Below are positions 20,757 to 29,885 of a stretch of DNA of 64,000 nucleotides, piece after piece. Under the pieces are notes generated by a model. The model was not told the origin of the DNA. It ran no database searches and was given only the letters and a program-made list of their open reading frames with translations. The DNA lies in assembly GCA_963703955.1 (NCBI GenBank), contig CAVPGK010000005.1, forward strand, positions 1-64,000, given 5' to 3'. The position numbers were made by a program, and so were the translations under genes. Origin of the DNA: Nitrospirota bacterium (GTDB taxonomy: Bacteria; Nitrospirota; Nitrospiria; Nitrospirales; Nitrospiraceae). How positions within the stretch are numbered: position 1 is the stretch's first letter; every line of letters starts with the position of its first letter.

Positions 20757-22984
20757 ATGAGAGCCCGACAATCACCGCACCAGGGCTCGACAGGTCGATT
20801 CATCGGCCTTCGGACCAAATTTGTGGTTTTCATCAGCTTGATCATTATCGCTGTCTGCACGGGCTTGAGCTGGTACTTCATCCACCAACAGGCCCAATTG
20901 CTGACGCGCACGTTGACGGACACCGGATTACTATTGGTCAACAATCTGGCTCATAACAGTCGATATGCGGCCATTACCGAGGATCTGACAGATCTGGAGC
21001 AGTTCATTGATGGCGTGATGGAGGACGATGAGGTGGTGTATGCCGTGATCACCGAGACCGGACGGGTCGCGAGTGGTGGCGAGGAGCAAGGGGCATTTGG
21101 TCGACCGGATCGCTTTCTCCGTTCCCAGGATTCACCCCTCTATCCGGATGAGTCCCTCGCCCGTCCGTTCGACGTCTCACAGAGTCCCATGGTGATTCGG
21201 GTCTCGACGGGCGGAGGACTGATCGCCGAGCCATCTATGACTTTGCGATTCCGATCCTTAGGCGCCCGCGCTCGTCATCCGACGTGCCTCTCCAATACTC
21301 CTTGGAGTCCGGTGAGAGCGACAGATCAAGAAATGTGAAGCGGGACTCAAATCCGCAAATCGTCAGCGTCATAGAGATCGGCCTCACGGAGGCCAAGAGG
21401 CGACAGAGTCTCGCCGAGGCCGTCAGGCGGGTGGTCATCATCACCGTTCTCTTCATCCTCGGCGGGATTGCGGCCACCATCGCGCTCGCCGCTCGGATTA
21501 TCACTCCGTTAAGGACCCTGGCCATGGTCGCGGGACGGGTCGCGGAGGGCGATTTGACGGTGTCCGCGGAGCCGGCCACCCATGATGAAGTGGGACAGCT
21601 GACATCCATTTTCAATCGGATGACCCAGTCGCTCAAGGAGCGTGACGAGGCCATTTCGTCTCAGATTGGGACGATTACCAAACAGGTGACGCAACTCACT
21701 GCGTTGAACCAAGCCGGTGCGGCGATCACCTCCATGCTCGACGTGGAGAAACTGCTGACGAGTGTCTTGCGTCTCCTGACTGAAAATCTCGGCTACCGGC
21801 GGGTGTTAATCATGTCGTACGATCCGAATCGAGGAGTCGCTTATGGTCCGAGAGTTGCGGGGCTGCCCGACGAGATCGAACGGCAAACTCGAGGGCTGGA
21901 AATATCGGTTCAGGATGATCGGAGCGTCAGAGCGGAACTGCTCATCCACGGGCGTGCGCTTCTCATTTCGGATCTCGAGAGGGTCTCGGACCGAATCTAT
22001 CCCCCACTTCTTCCGTTGGCCCGTCAAATCGGAGTCACCAGCTTCGTCGGTGCGCCACTCAAGAGCTCGCAGCGCATTCTGGGATTCATCGCGGCAGATC
22101 GAGGCAAGGAGGCGTGCACGGAGGAGGATCTGGACCTCCTGGTGACGCTAGCGAGCCAGATTGCCGTGGCGATCGACAACGCCCAGGCGTACCACGAACT
22201 ACAGCACCTCACGCAGACGCTGGAACGACGAGTCCAAGAACGGACACAGGACTTGGTAACGGCCAATGAGCAGCTCCAGGAGCTGGACCGTCTGAAATCG
22301 GCTTTCGTCTCGATTGTCTCACATGAGTTACGCACCCCGATGACCTCCATCAAAGGCTATGTCGAAAACATGTTAGATGGCCTGACGGGTGCTCTCACCG
22401 AGAAGCAGTCGTATTATCTGAGCCGGGTGAAATTCAACATCGAGCGTCTGACGCGGATGATCAACGATCTGCTGGATCTCTCTCGTATCGAAGCGGGCCG
22501 GGTCGAGCTTGTCTTGACACACATTCTCGTGGCCGATCTGCTGGCGGAAACCACGGAGGCGTTACAATCTGTCGCGGACACGAAGGGCGTCGCGCTGCGC
22601 GGCCAATTCCAAGGAGATCCGTGGGCGATGCAGGTCGATCGTGACAAGCTCCATCAGATTCTCACGAACCTGATTCAGAATGCGATCAAATTTACCCCCA
22701 AAGGCGGCGAGGTGCGGCTGGACGCCTCTTTGCGGAACGATGGATTCGTGCAATTCTGTGTGGCCGATACCGGCTGCGGGATCGCTCGCCATGAACTCTC
22801 TAAGATCTTCGAGCGATTCTACCGCGGCGAATCCGTGCAAGCCGAACAGCGAGGGGCCGGGTTGGGTTTAGCCATTACAAAGAGCCTGGTTGAACTGCAT
22901 GGCGGCCAGATATGGGTGGAAAGCACGCTCGGTCAGGGCAGTCAATTCTTCTTTACCATCCCGATGGTCCCACCGGATCGATGA
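20757..22984 (+). CDS. Membrane HAMP-GAF-HisKA-HATPase kinase, frameshifted between about 21055 and 21240
   Basis: TM1 after GLRTKF, IYDFAIPI in the downstream frame, TM2, HAMP (DEVGQL..FNRM), VSHELRTP, NLIQNAIKF, GAGLGL. Confidence 0.85.
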
Positions 22985-23056
22985 CCGTGAATCGCAAGCG
23001 TGAACGATGGCGGGGGTTCAAGGGTTCCGATTCACAGTGATCGTCTTCAGGCTCCA

Positions 23057-23228
23057 TGTATCGGAACAGATAACGCGGCGTATTCGATTCGATACGGTCC
23101 AGGGCACCCGTTGCTCTTGCAGCCGCGTCGGGTTTCACAGCATAAGTAGTTTTATTATGATGAATCAATATCTTAAGATGCGCGTGCTCTGCCAGACCTC
23201 GCAACACGATGCTGGCACCTCAGTTGCT
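23057..23228 (+). promoter_or_regulatory. Sigma54 promoter cassette 2
   Basis: UAS 23057-23096; IHF AATCAATATCTTA 23163-23175; TGGCACCTCAGTTGCT 23213-23228. Confidence 0.88.
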
Positions 23229-23405
23229 CATCTTAGAACATCTGCGAAGATGCTTTCATAGGGAAGTGAGGGAGCGGGAGCGGGACGGAAACAGGGCGAT
23301 GATCTCCGGAATAAACCGGGCGATGGTTAGCAATAGCATAAGCCAAGCGAGTTAACTCCGCGAGAGATCGAGGTTTCTTGAGAAACTCCTTCAGAGAGGT
23401 GCAAC

Positions 23406-25050
23406 ATGAGGAAGACGTGGAGTTTTGTCGTGATGTCGATCGCACTGCTTCTCGCCGCTGTACCCAATTACGGGGATATGGGGAAAAGAGAGTCATCCGT
23501 TCGGTACCTTGATCAGGGTTGGAGCCCGGAATTGCGACAGCAGTTTTACCATACTCCGCAGGGGACCGAACTGATTCCCTATCATTGGTTTCTCCACCTG
23601 AAACAACATGATGGGGCTCTTTTCAAAGATGACATCACGGCGCGGTATGGCTTTATCCCCGATCCAACACATCCGGACGGTTTGCCCGTGGGATTCACAA
23701 TAAGCCCGGACGGATTCCTCGGCTTGAATTGCGCGGCGTGTCATACCAGTCAAATTCGGTATCAAGGCAAGACCATCTATATCGATGGCGGCGCTTCGAT
23801 GCAGAACAACCTTGCATTCATGAAAACGATGTTCGTCTCTCTTGGCGCAATTCTCAAAGATGACAACAAATTCACTCGCTTCGCTCAGGAAGTCGGCAAG
23901 GCCAACGATCAGCTGAAGGTGGAAGTCGCCGAATTTCTTAAGCTGCAGGAGAAGCCATTGTTGGAAGCCAAGGAGAAATGCCAAGACCCCGACAAGAAGA
24001 GTATCTACGCTAACCCCGAGTATTCGGTTTACCCCAAGGATGGTTGGGGATTTGGTCGCTTGGATGCGCTGGGGCGAGGAGGCAATACGCTGTTGACCCG
24101 ACGTGATCCATGCGCTCTTGAACGAGCTGATGCCAGTGAGTATTCCTAGCCTTTGGGGAACCTGGAGGTACGACTGGGTGCAGTGGAATGGTTCGATTGA
24201 AAATCCGCTGGCGCGAAATATCGGACAGACCGTGAGCTTAAACGCCGAGACCGTTGAGATCAAGGCCCTTGATCAGTTGGAAAACTACGTTCAGAAGCTC
24301 AAACCACCTTCCTGGCCGGACGATTTTCCTTCTATCGACAGAAAATTGGCGGCAAAAGGGAAAGAACTCTACCAGGGGCGAGATGGGAAAGGACTATGTG
24401 CCGGTTGCCATATGCCTCCGGTCGAACCCAATCCCTGTGATGGGAAAGAAGAGTTGACCATGAAGTTGATTGCAGTTGAAGACATCAAGACCGACGAAAA
24501 GACGGCTGCTAACTTTGTAGACCGCAAGATTAAGACCGGCCAGTCAGCCGCGACGATCATGAAAGAGACAACTGACACAATAATGGAAAGACAATTTGCA
24601 GAGTTGAAGCTTTCGGTGAATGAGCAAAACAGGATGCAGAGATGCCGCAAAAATGAATGGCGAGCGCGACCGGAGTACAAAGCACCTACCCACGCCGGGG
24701 TATGGGCGACCCCGCCCTATCTGCATAATGGGTCCGTTCCGAATTTGTATCAACTGCTTCTCCCAGCAGAGCAACGTGATAAGTCGTTTTGCGTCGGCAG
24801 TCTTGAATTTGAGCCAAAGCACGTCGGATTCAAAACAGATGTGTGCGTCGAAGGAGAAGCTCCATTCGATACCTCACGTCCCGGCAATATGAACACCGGG
24901 CATGAATTCAGAAACGACGACAGAGCCGGGCACACATTTACACGAGCCCAGTGTGAGGATCGTATGAAACATGCCAAGGATGGTATTCTCGGCTGTGAGA
25001 TTGCGTCTGAAGATCGATGGGCTATTGTCGAGTACATGAAAACCTTATGA
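23406..25050 (+). CDS. Exported di-haem c-type cytochrome (RoxA-like/peroxidase-related); frameshift near 24135
   Basis: Signal peptide, CAACH and CAGCH, GFGRLDA, WATPPYLHNGSVPNL, NTGHEF; adding two C to gatGCCAGTG restores ADAPVS. Confidence 0.85.
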
Positions 25051-25115
25051 TTAGGACGACGACGCAAGTCGGTTACAGGTGAGAGCCGCCGGTACCTCGC
25101 AGTCACGTTGCGACG

Positions 25116-27845
25116 ATGACTGAACTCTTCTCGAAAGAGCATACGATCATCGAAAAGGGGTCCATGGAGTACCGCCCCTTCGGGGTGGACGAAGATGGCG
25201 AGAAAATCCACGACATCAGCGGGGTCATCGTTCGGTCGAGCGTGGCGTATTTGGAAGAGTCGATCTCGCGCGACGCCGGACCGGAGGCGGGTGCCCGAGC
25301 TGTCCAGGAGTTGTGCCGCCTGCTGAATGAGCGGCTTCGCGATCCTGTTTACCACGTCACTCCCGCCTTTCTCAAGAATGTCTGGAACGGCTACTCATAT
25401 GAGTTCGTCTCTTTCCTGCGTGAATTCTGTGCGAATATCTTGAACGACCCCGACTTTACTGCCCATGCGGCGAAGGAGAAACATAATATCTCGCCGCTGC
25501 TCCAGATCTTAGGCCGACCGTTCTCGCTATCCGACATCTACAAGATGTGGGCCCATTTCGGGGAGAAGTACGCGAAGGGCTCTCTCCAGTTCGAGGTGGG
25601 GCCCGTGACGGAGCGTTCGGCCGTGTTGCGGATGAAATTTGCGGACAGGGTCTATCGGCAATTCGGTCCGTACCGGAAGCGCTGCGTCGAAATGGCCTGC
25701 CAATCGGCCAAATTCGGTCTCTCGATGGTTCCTGCGCAGATCCATCACCTGCGTCCGGCGACCGTCACGGACCGCACCTGTATCGTGAATGGTGATGAGT
25801 ACTGCGAATGGGAGTTCAAGTGGTCCCCTCAGCCTACTGACAGGCTGTTCCGCTCGATGTGGGGGCTGCTCGCCGGGACTGCGGCTTATGCGTACCTTCG
25901 TCTGTTCCATCCGGCGGTCACCGTCGTCGAGGCCTTAATCGTTGCCTTAGTACCGGCGGTCGTGGCCTGGCTGGTCGCCAGCCGACCGCTGCAGAGGCAG
26001 GTCGAAAGCCTGAAGGATCTCATCAAGGAGCAAGACCAGGCCGTCGAAGCTCGCCACGAAGAGCTGCGCGAAGCCTATGTTGAGCAGGAACAGACGACCG
26101 TCGAGTTGCGCCGGAAAGTCGGGCAATTGACCACGTTGCACCGCGCGGGGCTCCTCTTCAGCTCCACCCTGGACCGGGAGGCGTTATTGCGCGAGGTCCT
26201 GGAAACGATCGTCCGGGACCTTCATTACGACCGGGCCATGATTGCCTTCTATGACCGGGCCCGACAGATCACCCATGATTTTCGAGTCATAGGCGTCTCC
26301 GAGGATATTACGGCGTTTGCACGCTCGCGAGAGCTGCCGATTACCGATCCCAACAGCATTGAGGGAACCGTGATTCTCCAGGGAAAGCCGCTACTCGTGA
26401 CCGATATTAGAGACGTGTGGGACCGCCTGCACCCCTTGAATCAACAACTGGTTTCAATGGCCAACGTCACGTCGCTGATTTCCGTTCCCCTGAAGGTCAA
26501 GGATCTCATCATCGGCTCCTTGACCGTCGATCGGGCCCAGGGGCATTCACTCACGCAGGATGACCTCGACATGATGGTGACCGTCGGGAGCCAGGTCGCA
26601 ATCGCGCTGGATAACACAGAGGCTTACCGCCAGATCGAAGCGTTGAACCTGGGGCTTGAAGAGCGGGTACGCGAGCGGACCGCAGAACTGAGGGCCGCCA
26701 ACGAACAGCTCAAGCAGATGGACCAGCTCAAGTCTCAGTTTCTAGCGCACGTGTCCCATGAGTTGCGCACGCCGCTGACGAGCATCACCGGATTCACCGA
26801 CAACATGCTGGAAGGGCTGGCCGGCTCCTTGAGCGCGAAACAGGAACAGTATCTGGCCCGGATCAAAGCGAATGGCAATCGGCTGACCCGGATGATCACG
26901 GACCTATTGGACCGTTCCCGGATTGAAGCCGGCAAGCTCGAGCTGTCCCTGGGACCGGTCGTCCTGACCGCGCTGGTCTCGGAGGTGATCGAGCAGCTCC
27001 GGCCGCTTGCGCGGATGAAACGCCAGCGGCTGGACCTTGAGTGCCCGGAGCCCGACCTGGTCGTCTGGGCCGACGCCGATCGGTTGAGCCAAATCCTGAC
27101 GAATCTGATCGACAACGCCATCAAATACACGACCGACGGCGGGTCGGTGATGCTCAGAATTGCACTGGAGGAGCATATGGCCAGAGTGTCGGTGACCGAT
27201 ACCGGACAGGGCATTCCTCGCGACGCCCTCCCGAGGCTTTTTGATCCGTTCTTCCGATCTCGCCATCACGAGAAGAGCCAGATCAAAGGCCTGGGCCTGG
27301 GGCTCTCGATCGCGAAGGATCTGGTCGAGCTTCATGGCGGCGCGATCTCGGTTCAGAGCGAGGTGGGACGAGGAAGCGTGTTTCATTTTACGCTTCCGGT
27401 TCATCGGGGCTTTGAAAAGAGACTGTCGCTTTCTCCATCGCCGAGCAAGCGCATCCTGGTCGTGGATGACGAATCGGACATCCGGCAATTACTGTGTGAC
27501 CGGCTGCAGTCGGACGGATTCGTCGTGCAGACGGCGGTTGATGGGCGCGACGCGTTGGCGTCGCTGCGGCTGGGTTCCGTGGATGGCCTGATCTTGGATA
27601 TCGGCATGCCCGATATCGACGGGCTGGAGGTGCTTCGTGAGATTCGTGAGAAGTATCCTACGGTGCCCGTGGTGATGATCACGGCGGTCGAGGCCCGGGA
27701 ACGCGCGGTCCTGGCCTTGGAAGCGGGCGCGCAGGCGTACCTACTCAAGCCGTTCGACCCGGCACAGTTGCACCAAGTCGTGACTCGCTGGTTTCGACCG
27801 AATGAGGCGGGAACAGAGGAGGGTAGGACGAAGGGGAGGGGATAG
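25116..27845 (+). CDS. Hybrid kinase: V4R-like N-domain, 2 TM, GAF, HisKA, HATPase, REC
   Basis: TCIVNGDEYCEWEFKW (V4R-like Cys pattern), VSHELRTP, NLIDNAIKY, GLGLGL, C-terminal VVDDE..LDIGMPD..KPF. Confidence 0.9.
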   Translation: MTELFSKEHTIIEKGSMEYRPFGVDEDGEKIHDISGVIVRSSVAYLEESISRDAGPEAGARAVQELCRLLNERLRDPVYHVTPAFLKNVWNGYSYEFVSFLREFCANILNDPDFTAHAAKEKHNISPLLQILGRPFSLSDIYKMWAHFGEKYAKGSLQFEVGPVTERSAVLRMKFADRVYRQFGPYRKRCVEMACQSAKFGLSMVPAQIHHLRPATVTDRTCIVNGDEYCEWEFKWSPQPTDRLFRSMWGLLAGTAAYAYLRLFHPAVTVVEALIVALVPAVVAWLVASRPLQRQVESLKDLIKEQDQAVEARHEELREAYVEQEQTTVELRRKVGQLTTLHRAGLLFSSTLDREALLREVLETIVRDLHYDRAMIAFYDRARQITHDFRVIGVSEDITAFARSRELPITDPNSIEGTVILQGKPLLVTDIRDVWDRLHPLNQQLVSMANVTSLISVPLKVKDLIIGSLTVDRAQGHSLTQDDLDMMVTVGSQVAIALDNTEAYRQIEALNLGLEERVRERTAELRAANEQLKQMDQLKSQFLAHVSHELRTPLTSITGFTDNMLEGLAGSLSAKQEQYLARIKANGNRLTRMITDLLDRSRIEAGKLELSLGPVVLTALVSEVIEQLRPLARMKRQRLDLECPEPDLVVWADADRLSQILTNLIDNAIKYTTDGGSVMLRIALEEHMARVSVTDTGQGIPRDALPRLFDPFFRSRHHEKSQIKGLGLGLSIAKDLVELHGGAISVQSEVGRGSVFHFTLPVHRGFEKRLSLSPSPSKRILVVDDESDIRQLLCDRLQSDGFVVQTAVDGRDALASLRLGSVDGLILDIGMPDIDGLEVLREIREKYPTVPVVMITAVEARERAVLALEAGAQAYLLKPFDPAQLHQVVTRWFRPNEAGTEEGRTKGRG

Positions 27846-27846
27846 C

Positions 27847-29217
27847 GTGGTTCGACGAGCATCGGCTGTCCTCCATTCTGTCTGCTGCACGACCTGTCTC
27901 GCCCTCGCCTGGCTGACTTCTTCCCCACCGGCGCATGCGCAAACTCCTCGTATCCAAGGACAAGGATCGGCGGCGTCTGGCATGGCCAATGCATTTGCGG
28001 CCCAGGCCGATGACCCGTCCGCCCTGCACTACAACCCTGCCGGCATGACCCAGTTGCAAGGCGTGCAAAATATGTTTGGGGCTCTGTTCGTCGGCGGGCC
28101 GACGAACTTTACGAGTCCTACCGGTGTTGAGGTAACGGGGGATCGAGGCGGAAGCGTGGCGTGGCCGCCGCCGGGCCACATTTACCTGACCGCCAATCTG
28201 AAGGATCTGGGAGTGAGGTCCCTCGGAGATTTGACGGTCGGAGTGGGGTTGAACAGCCCGTTCGGCTCGCTCAGCCGGTATCCGGTCAATGGTCCATTCA
28301 GAACCGCGGTCACATTCAGCACGCTCCCGCTGTTGGATATCAAGCCCACCATCGCCTACAAAATCAACGATCAGCTATCCCTAGGCCTGGGCGCGGATAT
28401 CTATACCTTTTCCGGATTGTTCGGTGAGGGACACGTCGAGCTCAAGACGGCGAACACGGCCATGACGCAGCAATTCGAGATCAACGGAAGCGACACCGCT
28501 GCGGGATTTAATGTCAGTCTCCTGTATACGCCCTTCCGCAATGCGGACGGAAAACCGCTGGCCAATGTCGGGCTGGTCTATCGAAGCCGCGCGACCCTTC
28601 ATCTCACTGGACTGTTTCTCATAAACGGCGCGCCAACGGCCGATACGGCTGCGACCCTTGTCTTACCGCAGGTTTATTCGGGGGCGATTGCGGTCTGGCC
28701 GATCCGCGATGCGGAGCGCGAATGGAAGCTTGAGCTGGATGTGGACTATGTCGGATGGAAGGCCAATCAAAATCTGGATGTGCAGCTGTCTACAGGTGGG
28801 GTCATCCCTCAGCCCCAGAACTGGAGCAACAGTTTCACCGTGATGATCGGAACCGAGTACAGATGGCTTCGGCTCACGCGTCTGCCGGATTGGGAGCTTG
28901 CGTTGCGAGGAGGGTATGCCAATCAGCAGACGCAGGTTCCTGATTTGACCTTCAATCCCGGTGTGCCTTCGGCAAATACTCACATCCCGTCCGTCGGTCT
29001 GGGGTTCCTGTGTCAGGAGAACGGATCCTTCCTGGGTCTCAAGTGCGGCCAGCTCGGATTCGGAACGCTGAAACCGAAAGCCTTTGGGATCGATATCTCC
29101 TACCAGGCTGCGATCTATGAGGTCCGCACGATCACCGGTAACCGGAACCCCACGGTGAACGGGACGTATGACACCCTCATTCAAGCGGGGGGAGTCAGCC
29201 TGCGGTTTATTTACTGA
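27847..29217 (+). CDS. OmpP1/FadL/TodX-family outer-membrane transporter
   Basis: GMANAFAAQADDPSALHYNPAG hatch motif, amphipathic beta strands, terminal aromatic (RFIY). Confidence 0.9.
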   Translation: MVRRASAVLHSVCCTTCLALAWLTSSPPAHAQTPRIQGQGSAASGMANAFAAQADDPSALHYNPAGMTQLQGVQNMFGALFVGGPTNFTSPTGVEVTGDRGGSVAWPPPGHIYLTANLKDLGVRSLGDLTVGVGLNSPFGSLSRYPVNGPFRTAVTFSTLPLLDIKPTIAYKINDQLSLGLGADIYTFSGLFGEGHVELKTANTAMTQQFEINGSDTAAGFNVSLLYTPFRNADGKPLANVGLVYRSRATLHLTGLFLINGAPTADTAATLVLPQVYSGAIAVWPIRDAEREWKLELDVDYVGWKANQNLDVQLSTGGVIPQPQNWSNSFTVMIGTEYRWLRLTRLPDWELALRGGYANQQTQVPDLTFNPGVPSANTHIPSVGLGFLCQENGSFLGLKCGQLGFGTLKPKAFGIDISYQAAIYEVRTITGNRNPTVNGTYDTLIQAGGVSLRFIY

Positions 29218-29467
29218 TCGCACCGTCGAACCTCACCCGTGTCGTGTCCCCTGAAACTAATGAGCCACCTGGGTTGCCTGTTGCGGCTTAGCGTCAACGT
29301 CGATCGCATGATTCGAATGATTGCGGACCCCTGGAGTTGTGGTTCGGCGTATCGAAGGTTGAATAGGACCATCTCGCTCTTCATTTCTGAATCCTGGATT
29401 CAGCACGAGGTAACCAAACAGTTTGGGTTCTTAGGACTGACAACTAATATGAGTTGGTCGTCGGTGG

Positions 29468-29628
29468 TGTATCTGACTGGATAACACCCTGTATTCAATT
29501 CGATACGATTTTTATCATCCCCGTGTGAGTGCTTCCTCGTCCATGAGGGATAATTCATCGGATCATCAACGTGTTTCGAGCGGTTGCCATATATTGTTTT
29601 GCGGCCATTTCGTGGCACAGCGGTTGCT
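29468..29628 (+). promoter_or_regulatory. Sigma54 promoter cassette 3
   Basis: UAS 29468-29507; IHF-like CATCAACGTGTTT 29564-29576; TGGCACAGCGGTTGCT 29613-29628. Confidence 0.88.
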
Positions 29629-29680
29629 CCATCTCTGCTCGAAAGCGGTTGTCGATGGAGGAGGGAAGGAGGGAGAAACC

Positions 29681-29845
29681 GTGGAAGCGATGGCCTGGGG
29701 AATGATCGTGACGGGATGCACCCTGTTCGGAATGCTGGCGCTGTGGATGCTTAGCGATCGCATAGCCCATATGCCGCTGCCGAAAGAGATGGCTGACAGC
29801 TATCCACTGACTTCTCAGGTGGCTGAACTGACGAAGGCGGCATGA
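29681..29845 (+). CDS. 54-aa single-TM small protein ending in -AA
   Basis: AGGAGG RBS before GTG 29681, hydrophobic N-terminal helix, ends ELTKAA. Confidence 0.7.
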   Translation: MEAMAWGMIVTGCTLFGMLALWMLSDRIAHMPLPKEMADSYPLTSQVAELTKAA

Positions 29846-29885
29846 GAGTTTCAGTGCCTTGTGGCCTCACCGTTGAGAGGGTTCA

